Assembly (NCBI RefSeq): GCF_000007005.1
Contig: NC_002754.1
Origin: Saccharolobus solfataricus P2
GTDB lineage: Archaea; Thermoproteota; Thermoprotei_A; Sulfolobales; Sulfolobaceae
DNA length: 64,000 nucleotides
Strand: one strand, 5' to 3'
The notes below the pieces were generated by a model that saw nothing but the letters and a program-made list of their open reading frames with translations, did no database searches and was not told the origin of the DNA. This document shows positions 1 through 12,107 of the stretch, one piece after another. The translations under genes and the position numbers were made by a program. Within the stretch, counting starts at the first letter, position 1; each line of letters begins with the position of its first letter.

Positions 1-1159
1 TTATTTTGGCTTTTAATTTTTTATTTACTTCTGATATGGCTAAATTTAGATTATCATATTTTCCTAATCTGTTTTTCATAGCATTCCTCACAGTTTCTCT
101 AATGTGCCAATTTCCAACTGGTGCAAAATATTCTTCGGTTATCTCCCTAATGATTATAATCCCTGATTGTCTTTTTATTTGCTCTAAATGTTCTAGCACT
201 GCTAATCTAGCAGCCATGTAACCTCCATCTAAATATTCATACTCTCCCCAGAAGTTCTCTTTCAATTCCGAAATCGTGAGTTCTTGAGACCATAAACTAA
301 GCGGATGCCATATTTCTATCCATGTTGAATTAAACTTCGATGGGTAAAGTATAACATAAAAGTAGTTGCCTAAATACGAGCTGTGGTAAACTTCTATCTC
401 ATTTATCTCATTATAGTTTATTATTTTATTATATAGAAATTTGCCAACTATACTGTCAACTGCAGTTATTGCCCATCTAGTTGGTACAAATCGTCTATTC
501 TTTTTCCTGCCTAAAAGTCCAAACGATAATGCGTGAATTATCTTATAATAATCCACATTATATCTATATAGTTCTAAGATTGCTTCAGTAGATTTTGCAT
601 CATCAAAGATCAGTTTATCTAATTTAGTTGGGACTTTAGGATTATCCAAAACTTTTATCTGCTCTGCGATTCCACTTGGTCCTCTTGGTAAAATTACTCC
701 ATCAAACTTTAATTTTGCCTCTAATGTTTTCAATTTGGCTTCAGTTACTATTGGATTATCTGAAATTATAGCTAGTGGAATTTCCGTATCATAATATTCA
801 GTAGCTTTTTCGACTTTAACTGTAGTTATACTCGAGATTAAAGAGGATCTTAACTTTATTATATCCCCTAAATTTATCCTTCCCCACCACTCCTTAACGT
901 TCTCATATTTTCTGGCATCTTCCCCATATACTGAGGGCGGAATATTTACAATTAGTGAAACTTTAGGATACCCTTTCTCTCCAACTATTCCACTAGGAGG
1001 AGTAGAGCCTTCAACCAGTTTAAATGAGGTATCTATTTCAATCTTCTGAAGACTACTAACCATACCTCTAAATCTCTCCATTATTGGGCAATACGGTAAT
1101 CCACAAAGATTCTTGTGGCTCTTACACTTGATGCATAGTTCTGCTGGAATTTTGTGCAT
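1..1159 (-). CDS. nreA: Nre-family DNA repair protein; 3' end runs off the window; absent from the ORF track
   Basis: Manual translation from ATG 1159: [30 protein letters not shown]...[17 protein letters not shown]. The Cys cluster and GSTPPS/GYPKV motifs are typical of Nre. No stop seen at the window edge. Confidence 0.85.
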   Translation of the reverse strand, partial: MHKIPAELCIKCKSHKNLCGLPYCPIMERFRGMVSSLQKIEIDTSFKLVEGSTPPSGIVGEKGYPKVSLIVNIPPSVYGEDARKYENVKEWWGRINLGDIIKLRSSLISSITTVKVEKATEYYDTEIPLAIISDNPIVTEAKLKTLEAKLKFDGVILPRGPSGIAEQIKVLDNPKVPTKLDKLIFDDAKSTEAILELYRYNVDYYKIIHALSFGLLGRKKNRRFVPTRWAITAVDSIVGKFLYNKIINYNEINEIEVYHSSYLGNYFYVILYPSKFNSTWIEIWHPLSLWSQELTISELKENFWGEYEYLDGGYMAARLAVLEHLEQIKRQSGIIIIREITEEYFAPVGNWHIRETVRNAMKNRLGKYDNLNLAISEVNKKLKAKI

Positions 1160-1781
1160 TTCTTATTTTCCTCTCAATATACCATTGTAAAATGGAAAAT
1201 TTAGCTCTAAATGATAATCCGTTGATTATATTTCTTATTTTCCCTCTCCTTAAATTATCTAGAATATCGTCCAAATTAAACTCTATTATCTCGTATAAAT
1301 CATTATATGCGGAACCTATAGCTTGAATTACATGAGCATCACTATTTGAGACCCCCGGTAAATTCAACCTTATGGATGCCTCTTTAGCCTTATTATTAGC
1401 CATTTTAGGAGCCTTAGAGTTATAAATTTCAATTAAATCGAATTTATAACGAAATGTCTTATCACCTATTCCTTTTCTAAAAATATCGAAAGGATGTGAG
1501 GGAAATACCACACAAGAGTTCTCCTTAGCGTAGTCTACTAATTCAGCTATTCTGTTAGGTGGAGATGGTGGAAAATTGCATAATATCACAACATGTCCAT
1601 ATTCAGTAGTGACTTCTTGTCCAGGGATCACTTTCTCTTCTTTAACCGTATTTAAACCTAAAGAAGTATCGTGATCTGTAATTGCTACGTGTATATGTTT
1701 AGCCTTGGCATAGGCTATAATATCCTTAGGAAGATACTTTCCATCACTGTATCTAGAATGTACATGAAGATCAAAAAACAT
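1122..1781 (-). CDS. PHP-domain metal-dependent phosphoesterase
   Basis: DLHVHS, AITDHD, SHPF and SNSDAH motifs. Confidence 0.9.
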   Translation of the reverse strand: MFFDLHVHSRYSDGKYLPKDIIAYAKAKHIHVAITDHDTSLGLNTVKEEKVIPGQEVTTEYGHVVILCNFPPSPPNRIAELVDYAKENSCVVFPSHPFDIFRKGIGDKTFRYKFDLIEIYNSKAPKMANNKAKEASIRLNLPGVSNSDAHVIQAIGSAYNDLYEIIEFNLDDILDNLRRGKIRNIINGLSFRAKFSILQWYIERKIRNAQNSSRTMHQV

Positions 1782-2833
1782 TAGAAATAACCTAATTCTT
1801 TCATGACCTCTAGGGTTAAAATCGTTATTCCAGCAGCTCCTCTTACTAGATTGTCACCAAGGACAACTAATCGTAACACATTTCCTTCAAATTTTACTCT
1901 GCCCACTGTTACTGCCATTCCATCATAATATTGTAAGTCTCTAGCTGGTTGGGGTCTATCCTCATCCTTAAATACAATAATTGGTTTATTTGGTGCAGTA
2001 GGTAAGTTCTTATGCTGAGGTAATGACGCAAAACTATCTAACGCTTTTTGAACTTCTTTTTCATCTACATTATCATCAGTTACAATATTAATTACACCCA
2101 TATGCCCAACTTTTACAGGAACTCTGGTAGTGGTTGGATGAATTTCTAAGCTGGAAGATTTTAGCTTTCCGGCTTCGAATTTTCCTAACATTTTATTTAT
2201 TTCCTTAGGAATTTTCTCTTCTTCCCCTTTAATCCAAGGTACTACATTCCCATCTATTGCCATAAACGGTAAACCACTATAACCAGCTCCGCTTACTGCT
2301 TGTAAAGTTACTATATACGTAGCATTAATTTTGATTAATCTTTCTAAGGGTTTAATTGGCATGGAAAGTATTGCCGCAGTACAGTTAGGATTTTTGACTA
2401 ATAGACCGTTCCAGTTTTTACTGCTTTTTTGATATTTTAATAACTCTAAATGCTCCCAATTTACTTCTGGATTGATTAGTGGTACATCTGGATCCATTCT
2501 AAATGGTGAGGCATTAGATACAACTATTTTTCCCTGTTTTACTAACTTTAATTCAACATCTTCTGCTAATTCATTAGGTAGTGCTGAAAGGACAACATCG
2601 ACATCCTTATGATCTTCGTACTCGGTGGAGACTATTGGTAATTCAGCCACATTTTCAGGAATATCCCCAGGTTCTATCCATTTTACGGCGTCTTTGTATT
2701 TTTTACCAATCTTTTGAGGTGACGCACTTACTTTCACTAATTCTATATAGGGATGTTTTGAAAGCATCCTTACCATTTTTTGCCCTACCATTCCGGTAGA
2801 GCCTAGTAACGAAACTTTTATCTTATCAGCCAC
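1781..2833 (-). CDS. asd: Aspartate-semialdehyde dehydrogenase
   Basis: [11 protein letters not shown]-binding motif, NPNCT catalytic Cys, DNLVRGAAG. Confidence 0.97.
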   Translation of the reverse strand: MADKIKVSLLGSTGMVGQKMVRMLSKHPYIELVKVSASPQKIGKKYKDAVKWIEPGDIPENVAELPIVSTEYEDHKDVDVVLSALPNELAEDVELKLVKQGKIVVSNASPFRMDPDVPLINPEVNWEHLELLKYQKSSKNWNGLLVKNPNCTAAILSMPIKPLERLIKINATYIVTLQAVSGAGYSGLPFMAIDGNVVPWIKGEEEKIPKEINKMLGKFEAGKLKSSSLEIHPTTTRVPVKVGHMGVINIVTDDNVDEKEVQKALDSFASLPQHKNLPTAPNKPIIVFKDEDRPQPARDLQYYDGMAVTVGRVKFEGNVLRLVVLGDNLVRGAAGITILTLEVMKELGYF

Positions 2834-4166
2834 TTACGATCACCTTATGCAACTCTTTTGCTAATTTTTCTCCTTCATCCTTATTAACTATAAAGGTCAT
2901 GCTTACGTTAGATATTCCCCTAGAAATCGCTAACGGATCATAACTTGAGGCTATTGAAAGAACCTTGGTAGAGATCTCCTTCTTCTTTATTCCGCACCCT
3001 ACTATACCTACGATATTAATATCATTAACCTCAATATCTTTAACTAAAGTCCCCCTTATCTCTTCCAATTTCGATAACAGTCTGTTCGCAGAAAGTGAGT
3101 CAACAACGAGTTGTATTGTAGTCTCGCTAGCTGGTTGAGAAATTGATATTATGTTAACTCCAGCTTCCTTTGCTTCATTTGTTATTCTTGCAGCAGATCC
3201 TATTTTTCCAACAATTTTCGTACTCTCAACTGTTATTAATTTCGCATTATCTAGGAGTGAAATCCCTTTAAGCCCATCATTATTTTGGCATTCTCCATTA
3301 ATTATGGTAAATCCGTCTTCATACAGCGACTCAACTATTACCTTCATATCACTTCCAAAGACTGGATCAAAAGTTCTAGGATGCAGCCTTTTAGCTCCTA
3401 ACTGTGAGAGTTCAATAGCCTCTTCCAACGAGAGTCTAGATATCGTTTTAGCATTTTCGAATTTTTTAGGATCTCCAGTCATTATCCCGGGGACTTCGGT
3501 AACTAGTCTAACTTCTCTCACTCCAACTAGTTTACCTAGCAAAGTTGCTGTATAGTCACTACCACCCCTTCCCAAAGTAGTATATCTTCCCTCTCTAGTT
3601 CTCCCTATAAATCCTGGAAGGACTATTACATTAGCTTTCGCATTCTCTAATATGTTGGCGATTTCATTTTTAGATAGATCCTCAATTACGTTAGCCTCAC
3701 CGTAATTCTCATCAGTTAAAAATGGAGGAGTAATTATGCCTTCAGCTTCAATCCCGTTACTTCTTAATATTGCTGAAAGGAGTAGGGTAGCCATTCTCTC
3801 TCCAAATGAAAGTATGTAGTCTCTAACTCTAGGGGTCACTTCGTCTAATACCCTTATAGACCAAGCTACTCTGAACAATTCATCGCTAAGCCTAGATATA
3901 TCTTTAAACGAATTCTCGAATTCCTTACCGTCTGCTAACTTAGATAATAGTTTTATGTGTCTCTCGTAGATTTCAGTCACAATATTTGGAGAATTATCAG
4001 TATTCGAAGTTGCGCTTATTAACTCATTAGTAACGTTTTTAATGGCTGATGTTACTACTATAATCTTATCTGATTTCTTTGAAAAATCTTGTATCTTCTT
4101 TACGATAAGTTCATAATCTTTTTCATCTTTTTGTATAGATCCGCCTATTTTAACTATTAGAGCCAT
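2826..4166 (-). CDS. lysC: Aspartate kinase
   Basis: [24 protein letters not shown]-terminal ACT domains. Confidence 0.96.
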   Translation of the reverse strand: MALIVKIGGSIQKDEKDYELIVKKIQDFSKKSDKIIVVTSAIKNVTNELISATSNTDNSPNIVTEIYERHIKLLSKLADGKEFENSFKDISRLSDELFRVAWSIRVLDEVTPRVRDYILSFGERMATLLLSAILRSNGIEAEGIITPPFLTDENYGEANVIEDLSKNEIANILENAKANVIVLPGFIGRTREGRYTTLGRGGSDYTATLLGKLVGVREVRLVTEVPGIMTGDPKKFENAKTISRLSLEEAIELSQLGAKRLHPRTFDPVFGSDMKVIVESLYEDGFTIINGECQNNDGLKGISLLDNAKLITVESTKIVGKIGSAARITNEAKEAGVNIISISQPASETTIQLVVDSLSANRLLSKLEEIRGTLVKDIEVNDINIVGIVGCGIKKKEISTKVLSIASSYDPLAISRGISNVSMTFIVNKDEGEKLAKELHKVIVSG

Positions 4167-5340
4167 TTATCTCACCTAGGATAATTTTTTCCATATGTAA
4201 AGGATTAACTAATATTCTTTTAGCCTCAGCTTTTGTCATACTATCGGGATCCTTTAACGAATGTCCTGTTAGGATTAAAACTGTTTTTTCATCTTTATCT
4301 ACCACCTTTTCATTTATTGCCTTAATATAACCAGCTAAGGCAGCTGCTGAAGCAGGCTCAGCTCCTATGCCCTCTTTTCTAGCTAGGGTCTTCTGTGCGT
4401 CTAATATCTCGGAATCAGATACAGCTATTGCGGTTCCATTAGATTCCCTTATTGCTTTCATCGCTTTTTGCCAATTAACTGGTTTCCCTATCCTTATTGC
4501 TGTTGCTACAGTATCTGGATTTTCTATGAAATCTGGAGAATCTTTTCCTTTTATTATTGCGGTAACTATTGGTGATGCGCCCTCAGCTTGGATTCCAATC
4601 ATTCTAGGAATAGTATTAATAACTCCAGTTTTAACTAGCTCATTAAATCCTTTCCATATGGCGTAGATATTGCCTGCATTGCCTACCGGGACTATCACGT
4701 TGTCAGGAACTCCTAGTTCTTCTGCTATCTCAAATGCGATTGTCTTTTGTCCTTCTAATCTCCATGGATTAAAGGAATTTAATGGATATACTACTTTTAA
4801 ATCCTTATATAATCTCATTACTGCATCCATAGCAACGTCAAAACTTCCATCAACTTCTAAAATAACTGAGCCATAAAGTATTGATTGAGCTAATTTACCT
4901 AATGCTACCTTACCTTTAGGTAAGACGATAAAGCTCTTTATACCAGCTCTTGCAGCATAAGCAGCTGCAGAAGCTGCAGTATTTCCAGTGGATGCGGCTA
5001 TTACAGTTTTGTAATTCAAGCTTACCGCAGAACTAACTGCCACTGTCATTCCTCTATCCTTAAAACTACCAGTTGGATTAAGCCCTTCAAATTTAAAATA
5101 AAGATTATCATTTATATTTGAGGATCTAATTAGTGGGGTATTTCCCTCATTTATGCTTACAATATTTTTGTATCTGCCTGCTATTAATTCTTTATATCTC
5201 CAAACTCCTCTTCCTCTCAATTTACTGAAAGAGAAGTCCTTTGGTGGTTCTAGTATAATTTCTAATAGTCCTCCACATCTTGGACATAATATCTGACTTT
5301 GATCTATTTCCGTTTCATATCCACAATTCAAGCACTTCAT
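4150..5340 (-). CDS. thrC: Threonine synthase
   Basis: [13 protein letters not shown] lysine motif, ASTGNT, PVGNAGN; N-terminal CxxC pairs. Confidence 0.96.
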   Translation of the reverse strand: MKCLNCGYETEIDQSQILCPRCGGLLEIILEPPKDFSFSKLRGRGVWRYKELIAGRYKNIVSINEGNTPLIRSSNINDNLYFKFEGLNPTGSFKDRGMTVAVSSAVSLNYKTVIAASTGNTAASAAAYAARAGIKSFIVLPKGKVALGKLAQSILYGSVILEVDGSFDVAMDAVMRLYKDLKVVYPLNSFNPWRLEGQKTIAFEIAEELGVPDNVIVPVGNAGNIYAIWKGFNELVKTGVINTIPRMIGIQAEGASPIVTAIIKGKDSPDFIENPDTVATAIRIGKPVNWQKAMKAIRESNGTAIAVSDSEILDAQKTLARKEGIGAEPASAAALAGYIKAINEKVVDKDEKTVLILTGHSLKDPDSMTKAEAKRILVNPLHMEKIILGEINGSNS

Positions 5341-5433
5341 TATTCCGCTTAGGCTGTTTCCAACAACATTTCACCAGCTGTTTAAAGTGGTTTGTTCTGC
5401 AAAATATAAGCTTTGTTGAAGTATAGTAATCAT

Positions 5434-6879
5434 ATGGCGTTTAAAGATCTCAGAGAATATATCGAATTTATGAAAAAGAAAGGTAAATTAATTGAAGTAG
5501 ATGATGAAGTAAGCGTTGATTTAGAAATAGCTGAAATAACGAGAAAAGCAACTTATGCTCATTTACCCCCTCTTTTATTCAAGAGAGTTAAAAATTATGA
5601 GAATTGGAAAATAGTTTCCAATATTTTTTACTCAATTGAAAGCTTGTACGAGATTTTTGGAACGAATAAACTAGAATCAATATCCGAAGGATTTTTATCA
5701 AATTTATCCAATATGCCTATCACATTTTTTGATAAAATAAAATCACTTAGAGAAATTTTGGGATTAGGAAAAGTAATGCCTAAAGCTAAGTCACCTAGTT
5801 TTAAAGAGGAAAAGAACTTAGATCTGACTAAGATTCCTGCAATAAAAACTTGGCCTAAAGATGCCGGAAGATACCTTACTTTTTCCATAACAATAACAAA
5901 GGACCCAGAGACAGATGTACATAATCTCAGCGTTTATAGGGTTCAAATTCTAAACGAGAAGGAGGCAATAATTCATTGGCAAGCATTTAAAAGGGGTGCG
6001 CTTACTGCTAAAAAATATTTAGAAAAAGGTATTAGTAAGATACCTATTGCCGTAGTAACCGGAGTAGATCCTGCCATAGCATTTACAGCGGCTTCTCCAG
6101 TCCCTCATGGAATCGATAAGTATATGTTCGCGGGAATCTTGAGAGGTGAGGGTATTGACGTAGCTGAATTAGATAATCAATTACTAGTACCAAGCCATTC
6201 AGAAGTAGTTTTAACTGGTTATGTTGACTTGAATGATATGCGTCTAGAGGGTCCCTTTGGAGATCATATGGGTTATTATACACCTGCAGATTACTATCCA
6301 GTTTTCAAATTGGAAAGAGTATATATTAGAGAAGATCCTATATTTCATGTAACATCAGTTGGCAAACCACCACTTGAGGATGCTTGGATAGGTAAGGCTG
6401 TAGAAAGAATATTCTTACCTTTTGCCAAGATGTTAGTTCCAGAACTTATTGACATGAACCTACCAGAATATGGATTGTTTACCGGGATTGGGATCTTCTC
6501 TATAAAGAAGTATTACCCCGGCCAGGCCAAGAGAGTTATGATGGCTTTATGGGGTACCGGCCAACTAAGCCTTTTAAAAATAATAATAGTTGTTGATCAA
6601 GATATAGATGTTCATGATATTAATCAAGTTATTTATGCTATTGCAGCTAATGTAGATCCTAAACGCGATGTTTGGGTAATAGAAAATGCACTTACTGACT
6701 CATTAGACCCTAGTGTTCCATTTCCACCATTAGGTAGCAAACTAGGTATAGATGCTACTAGGAAATTTAAAGAAGAAATGGGGAAAGAATGGCCAGAAGA
6801 GGTTAGATCAGATGAGGTAGTAGCTAAAAAAGCGGACCAAATATTGAATAAAATTATAAAGAGATATCAAACCTCCTAA
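5434..6879 (+). CDS. ubiD: UbiD-family prFMN-dependent decarboxylase (start taken at ATG 5434 rather than TTG 5413)
   Basis: FKDLREYI start, [23 protein letters not shown]. Confidence 0.92.
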   Translation: MAFKDLREYIEFMKKKGKLIEVDDEVSVDLEIAEITRKATYAHLPPLLFKRVKNYENWKIVSNIFYSIESLYEIFGTNKLESISEGFLSNLSNMPITFFDKIKSLREILGLGKVMPKAKSPSFKEEKNLDLTKIPAIKTWPKDAGRYLTFSITITKDPETDVHNLSVYRVQILNEKEAIIHWQAFKRGALTAKKYLEKGISKIPIAVVTGVDPAIAFTAASPVPHGIDKYMFAGILRGEGIDVAELDNQLLVPSHSEVVLTGYVDLNDMRLEGPFGDHMGYYTPADYYPVFKLERVYIREDPIFHVTSVGKPPLEDAWIGKAVERIFLPFAKMLVPELIDMNLPEYGLFTGIGIFSIKKYYPGQAKRVMMALWGTGQLSLLKIIIVVDQDIDVHDINQVIYAIAANVDPKRDVWVIENALTDSLDPSVPFPPLGSKLGIDATRKFKEEMGKEWPEEVRSDEVVAKKADQILNKIIKRYQTS

Positions 6880-7135
6880 CCATCATTGTGTCTCTATATA
6901 TTATTGAAATCTCACTTATATCCTCCAGCCTAGTTTCTATTTCTAATGACTCATTTTTCCTTAATTCTTTATTCACCTTTACACTATCTGTAATCGCCTT
7001 AAGGCCAACTTTATCGTCTATCATATTTACCGTGACATTATATTTTAGAATTATTTCCAGAACGCGTACCGGGTATTCTAAATTACTAGTTATTTTAAGG
7101 ATTCTCCCTGTTAATTTCACTACAAAAGGATTCAT
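6854..7135 (-). CDS. Hypothetical 93-aa protein, divergent from cdvB2
   Basis: ATG-started ORF filling the gap between ubiD and cdvB2, with typical composition. The + strand ORF 6888..7235 looks like its shadow. Confidence 0.7.
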   Translation of the reverse strand: MNPFVVKLTGRILKITSNLEYPVRVLEIILKYNVTVNMIDDKVGLKAITDSVKVNKELRKNESLEIETRLEDISEISIIYRDTMMVRRFDISL

Positions 7136-7156
7136 GATTATGAATATAGTTTTCCG

Positions 7157-7163
7157 AGTATTA
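7157..7163 (+). promoter_or_regulatory. AGTATTA box upstream of cdvB2 (candidate aCcr1-type RHH site)
   Basis: Exact AGTATTA 54 nt before the cdvB2 start; the same heptamer occurs twice at cdvA. Confidence 0.45.
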
Positions 7164-7216
7164 TGCCTTATCGTAGTTAAAAAGCGTAGACTAACAAGAA
7201 CAAGATTAGAGCCGAA

Positions 7217-7882
7217 ATGGCCTCAAGTAAAGTAGAAGATTTCGTAAAGAATTGGGGAGGTAAACAAGAGCCAAGCATTGGTGAAAGAATAAAGAATGCA
7301 TTCAAGCCACAGCAACCACTAAGGTACAGACTAGTAATGGCAAACTACAGACTAAGGACGATGGTAAGTCGTCTTGACGTTTATATTTCAAGATTACAAG
7401 AGAGGGATAGGACTCTATTCGAAAAGGTTGTAGAATCACAAATGTCAAAGGATACAGCTAGAGCAGCTATGTATGCTAATGAGATAGCTGAGATTAGAAA
7501 GATTTCCAGGCAGTTAATTACGACACAGATTGCTCTAGAGCAAGTGCAACTCAGACTAGAGACGATAACTGAGCTTGGAGATGTATTTAATAGTCTAATA
7601 CCAGTACTTGGAGTTATAAAGGAGTTAAGAAATGCAATGAAAGGAGTTATGCCAGAAATAAGTCTAGAGTTGGCAGAACTAGAGGAGGGACTACAAGAGG
7701 TAGTAATAGAGGCAGGAGACTTTACTGGTGCACCGGCCAATTATGGTGCTTCAAGCCCAGAGGCAAGGAAGATATTGGAAGAAGCATCTGTTGTTGCTGA
7801 ACAGAGAATGAAGGAGAAGTTCCCAGAATTGCCAAGCTTCGTCACCTCCACTCAGAAAGTATCTAACCAAGAACAGAAATAA
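7217..7882 (+). CDS. cdvB2: ESCRT-III/Snf7-like cell division protein, CdvB2-type paralogue
   Basis: Snf7-like helical core ([25 protein letters not shown]), MIM2-like FPELPS near the C-terminus, no winged-helix extension. Confidence 0.88.
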   Translation: MASSKVEDFVKNWGGKQEPSIGERIKNAFKPQQPLRYRLVMANYRLRTMVSRLDVYISRLQERDRTLFEKVVESQMSKDTARAAMYANEIAEIRKISRQLITTQIALEQVQLRLETITELGDVFNSLIPVLGVIKELRNAMKGVMPEISLELAELEEGLQEVVIEAGDFTGAPANYGASSPEARKILEEASVVAEQRMKEKFPELPSFVTSTQKVSNQEQK

Positions 7883-7956
7883 TATCTGATTCATAGATTT
7901 TTTCCTAAGATTTATACGGTAAAATAGTTTTTTAAGGTTTGGATTGATAATATGTA

Positions 7957-10356
7957 TTGGGGAGTTTCCTTTTGGTTGAGGCAATTAGTAGTGAAGAAGA
8001 TCTTATTCTCGACGTAAGTCAAGTCACTAAGGATATGGTACAATTAGCTGGAGGCAAAGGTGCAAACCTTGGGGAGTTAACCAGCATTGGAGTTAGAGTA
8101 CCTCCAGCCTTTATACTTACTTCTAAAGCTTTTAAATATTTTCTTGAATACAACAATCTTTTTGACAAAATTAGAGACACTTTAAGTAGTTCTGAAACCT
8201 CAGAGGAAGCTAGTGAAAAAATAAAACAGTTGATAAAGAATGCTAAGATGCCAGATAAATTAAGTAGCATGATTTATCAAGCTTATGATGAATTAAGTAA
8301 AAAGGTTGGAAAGGAAATCTTAGTAGCTGTAAGGTCTTCGGCTACTGCAGAGGATATTGAGACAGCAAGTTTCGCTGGACAGCAAGATACTTATCTTAAT
8401 GTTACTAAGGATGAACTTATTGACAGGATTAAGGATGTATGGGCTAGTCTCTATAACGCAAGGGCTATGGAATATAGAAAGAGTAAAGGTATAGACGACT
8501 TATCAATACTTATAGCAGTAGTTGTTCAAAAAATGGTTAATTCGAGATCTGCTGGAGTAATGTTTACTCTCCATCCAGTTACTGGAGATGAAAAGTATAT
8601 CATGATAGAATCTAATTGGGGTTTAGGAGAAAGTGTAGTCGGTGGTAAGGTTACCCCAGATGAGGTCTTAATAGAAAAATCTACCTTAAGAATTGTGGAA
8701 AAAAAGGTTTCTAATAAGAATATTAAAATCGTATATGATAAACAACTTAAGAAGAATGTTACTATTACTTTAGATGAGAAGGAATCCAGATTAATGAGCA
8801 TAACAGACGAAGAGGCAATAGAACTAGCAAAATTAGCACTTAAGATCGAAGAACATTATAAGAGGCCAATGGACATTGAGTGGGCTATCGATAATGATCT
8901 AAGTTTCCCTGAGAATATCTTCATAGTTCAAGCTAGGCCAGAAACTTTCTGGTCTTCTAAAAGGAAAGAAAATAAGAACATTGCGGAAAAGAGTGCTCCT
9001 ATAGGTGGTAAAGTACTAGTCAGAGGGCTTGCAGCTTCTCCAGGTATCGCCTTTGGTAAGGCAAAAATCATACTTGACATTAAAGATCCTAAAGTTCATG
9101 AGTTTCAGAAGGGTGAAATCCTAGTCACGAAAATGACAGATCCAGATTGGGTACCATTAATGAAGATAGCTGGGGCAATAATAACAGATGAGGGAGGAAT
9201 GACAAGTCACGCGGCTATTGTATCCAGAGAATTGGGAATTCCAGCTATAGTTGGAAGTAGAGAAGCGACTAAGATAATACGAGATAATCAAGAGATCACT
9301 GTAGATGCAATTAGGGGTATTGTGTATGAGGGTAAGGTATTACAAACAAGTGAGACTGTATCTCAACAAGCTCAACCATCTATCGGAATTCAAGGAATAA
9401 GTAGGGAAGTTCTATTAAGTCTTTATCCGGTTACTGCAACTAAAATTTACATGAATTTAGGTGAACCCGATGTTATAGATAAATATTTGGATCTTCCCTT
9501 TGACGGAATAGGGCTCATGAGAATTGAATTTATTGTAAGCGAATGGGTTAGATATCATCCGCTTTACCTAATAAAAATAGGCAATGCTGAATTATTTGTG
9601 GATAAGTTAGCGGAGGGAATAGCTAAAGTAGCAAGTGCAATATACCCTAGACCAGTTGTTGTTAGATTTTCAGATTTCAAAACTAACGAATATAAGAAAT
9701 TGATTGGTGGAGAGGAGTTTGAGCCAGATGAGAGGAATCCAATGATAGGTTGGAGAGGGGTTTCCAGATATGTAAGTAAAGAGTATGAGCCTGCATTTAG
9801 GCTAGAGGCTAAAGCTATACGCAAAGTTAGGGAAGAGATGGGACTTAAGAACGTATGGGTAATGTTTCCCTTTGTCAGAACTACATGGGAGCTAGAGAAG
9901 GCAATAAAAATAATGGAGGAGGAAGGTTTAAGAAGAGATTCTGATTTCAAGGTCTGGATAATGGCTGAAGTTCCCTCAGTAGTTGTTCTTGCGGAAGAGT
10001 TTGCGAAGATAGTTGATGGATTCAGTGTAGGTAGTAACGATTTAGCACAATTAACTTTAGGTGTTGACAGGGATTCCGAGTTACTAGCGAGGATGGGATA
10101 TTATGATGAGAGGGATCCAGCTGTTTTAGAATCCATAAGAAAGCTAATCAAAGCTGCCCATAAGTATGGCAAAACAGTCTCAATATGTGGACAAGCACCT
10201 AGTGTTTATCCAGCAGTTGTTGAATATTTAGTCAAAGCTGGAATAGATAGCATTAGTGTAAATCCAGATGCGGTTATTAATGTTAGGAGGCAAGTAGCTT
10301 CGATCGAGCAACAAATTATACTTAGAAACCTTAATGGAAAAAGGAAGAACAAGTAG
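7957..10356 (+). CDS. ppsA: Phosphoenolpyruvate synthase (start may be TTG 7972, after GGGAG)
   Basis: [36 protein letters not shown] phospho-His, GSNDL, CGQAP. Confidence 0.97.
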   Translation: MGSFLLVEAISSEEDLILDVSQVTKDMVQLAGGKGANLGELTSIGVRVPPAFILTSKAFKYFLEYNNLFDKIRDTLSSSETSEEASEKIKQLIKNAKMPDKLSSMIYQAYDELSKKVGKEILVAVRSSATAEDIETASFAGQQDTYLNVTKDELIDRIKDVWASLYNARAMEYRKSKGIDDLSILIAVVVQKMVNSRSAGVMFTLHPVTGDEKYIMIESNWGLGESVVGGKVTPDEVLIEKSTLRIVEKKVSNKNIKIVYDKQLKKNVTITLDEKESRLMSITDEEAIELAKLALKIEEHYKRPMDIEWAIDNDLSFPENIFIVQARPETFWSSKRKENKNIAEKSAPIGGKVLVRGLAASPGIAFGKAKIILDIKDPKVHEFQKGEILVTKMTDPDWVPLMKIAGAIITDEGGMTSHAAIVSRELGIPAIVGSREATKIIRDNQEITVDAIRGIVYEGKVLQTSETVSQQAQPSIGIQGISREVLLSLYPVTATKIYMNLGEPDVIDKYLDLPFDGIGLMRIEFIVSEWVRYHPLYLIKIGNAELFVDKLAEGIAKVASAIYPRPVVVRFSDFKTNEYKKLIGGEEFEPDERNPMIGWRGVSRYVSKEYEPAFRLEAKAIRKVREEMGLKNVWVMFPFVRTTWELEKAIKIMEEEGLRRDSDFKVWIMAEVPSVVVLAEEFAKIVDGFSVGSNDLAQLTLGVDRDSELLARMGYYDERDPAVLESIRKLIKAAHKYGKTVSICGQAPSVYPAVVEYLVKAGIDSISVNPDAVINVRRQVASIEQQIILRNLNGKRKNK

Positions 10357-10364
10357 ACAATTTT

Positions 10365-10622
10365 TTAATTATTTTTTATATTATAACAATTTTTGCATAT
10401 TCTTCTAGCACCGTCGAAATACGCTGTGCATTCTTCACAAATTGTATTTCCGCAGATCTCACATGATCCTATTGCCAAGTGTTTTTGACAAATTTTGCAT
10501 AAGCTCATATCACAAATTTTACAGATTCCTTTATCCATAATGTAATCGTTATTACACACTTGTCTTCCGCACAAACTGCACGTGAAAAACGAGATATTCT
10601 CTTCGCAGATTTCACATTTCAA
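10365..10622 (-). CDS. Small Cys-rich tandem zinc-finger protein (likely TTG start at 10622)
   Basis: Seven CxxC plus one CxxD in about 85 aa. GGTGG SD-like sequence upstream of TTG 10622; overlaps the ino1 stop. Confidence 0.8.
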   Translation of the reverse strand: MKCEICEENISFFTCSLCGRQVCNNDYIMDKGICKICDMSLCKICQKHLAIGSCEICGNTICEECTAYFDGARRICKNCYNIKNN

Positions 10623-11691
10623 TGAACTCTTTAAACCACCTATAGGCTTCTTCGTCGTCTTTAGCCTGAATTGGTGGGTGTTTAAAGTAAAATGCAGATA
10701 CTTTTTCAAGTGGACCACCTATCTTCCTATCCAATGCAACCTTAACTGCCCTTATAACATCTACTAATACTGCTGCACAATTAGCTTTATCATCAACCTC
10801 TAAGGAAGCTTCTACTTTAATTGGCATGCCTGCAAATGCACTTCCTTTTACGTAAATGTAAGCTACTTTTGTATTTCCTAAAAATGGAACATAATCGCTA
10901 GGTCCTATCCTTATTTTGCCCTCACTTTTTATTACCTCTCCGTTATCTAGTGTACTAGTTACTGCCTCTGTTTTGCTTATTCTTTTAGATATTAACCTTT
11001 CTTCTGTCTTCATGTTTAGAAAGTCTGTATTCCCGCCTACATTTAATTGATAAGTTTCCTCAACTTTTACTCCCCGCAGTCTAAAGAGCGAAGTAATTGA
11101 CCTATGGAATATTGTAGCCCCTAATTGACTCTTTATGTCATCACCGGCTAATGGTAAGTTTTTCTCTTTGAATTTATTAGGAAAGTAGCCTGAAGGATCA
11201 CTAGCAATAAATACGGGTATTGCGTTTATAAATGCAGTTCCTGCCATTAGTGCTATATTTGCGTACGTTCTCGTAGCGTTTTCACTTCCAACAGGCAATA
11301 AATTAACTAGAATTTCTGCTTTACTAGATTTTAATTCATCTAACGCTTTTTCCAATGTGCCATCATAGGTAGGATTAAAAACGTTAGTCATATGTTGCGC
11401 TACGCCATCAAGAACGGGTCCTGCACTTACCTTAACGCCTTTCTTTTCCATATTCACTATCTTTGGTGTAATATTTGGAGGTTGAAATACGGCCTCTGCA
11501 AGGTCCTTTCCTATTTTATTTTTTGACACGTCGAATGCTGCTACAACTTCTATATCGGTAATTTTATAACCACCAATTACGGGGGTAATTAATCCCTCAT
11601 AATAATTATCGCCTTTTGATTTATAATATTCTATTCCTTGAATTAACATTGATGCACAATTACCTAAGCCAGCTATTGCTACTCTAATCAT
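10612..11691 (-). CDS. ino1: myo-inositol-1-phosphate synthase
   Basis: [39 protein letters not shown]. Confidence 0.95.
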   Translation of the reverse strand: MIRVAIAGLGNCASMLIQGIEYYKSKGDNYYEGLITPVIGGYKITDIEVVAAFDVSKNKIGKDLAEAVFQPPNITPKIVNMEKKGVKVSAGPVLDGVAQHMTNVFNPTYDGTLEKALDELKSSKAEILVNLLPVGSENATRTYANIALMAGTAFINAIPVFIASDPSGYFPNKFKEKNLPLAGDDIKSQLGATIFHRSITSLFRLRGVKVEETYQLNVGGNTDFLNMKTEERLISKRISKTEAVTSTLDNGEVIKSEGKIRIGPSDYVPFLGNTKVAYIYVKGSAFAGMPIKVEASLEVDDKANCAAVLVDVIRAVKVALDRKIGGPLEKVSAFYFKHPPIQAKDDEEAYRWFKEFIEM

Positions 11692-11723
11692 CAACTTTAA
11701 GTTAAATAACTAGATAAAATATG

Positions 11724-11775
11724 TTGTGATGAAAGGGAAAGATCAGATCTGTGAAGAAGTGGAGCGACACTGAGG
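11724..11775 (+). ncRNA. Candidate box C/D guide sRNA upstream of and overlapping acyP
   Basis: C GTGATGA 11726-32, 11-nt guide, D' CAGA 11744-47, C' GTGAAGA 11751-57, 12-nt guide, D CTGA 11770-73; canonical archaeal spacing. Confidence 0.75.
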
Positions 11776-11783
11776 TGTTTGAA

Positions 11784-12056
11784 ATGCTAAAGCGTATGTA
11801 TGCTCGCGTATATGGGTTAGTTCAAGGTGTAGGTTTTAGAAAATTTGTCCAAATTCATGCTATAAGGTTAGGTATAAAGGGTTATGCTAAGAATTTACCA
11901 GATGGTTCAGTAGAAGTAGTCGCAGAGGGTTATGAGGAAGCGTTAAGTAAACTATTGGAACGTATTAAACAAGGCCCACCAGCAGCTGAGGTAGAGAAGG
12001 TAGATTACTCATTTAGCGAATATAAGGGAGAATTTGAGGATTTTGAAACATACTAA
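11784..12056 (+). CDS. acyP: Acylphosphatase (ORF-track start GTG 11751; ATG 11784 has the SD GAGGTG)
   Basis: GLVQGVGFR and [12 protein letters not shown] signatures. Confidence 0.95.
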
Positions 12057-12107
12057 AAATTTATAAGGTAAAAACATTTATAGTGTATCGGTGCTTTTGA
12101 TGTACCA

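Noticed and set aside
6888-7235. 115-aa + strand ORF
   Set aside because: Antisense to the 93-aa gene and overlapping the cdvB2 promoter and start; shadow composition
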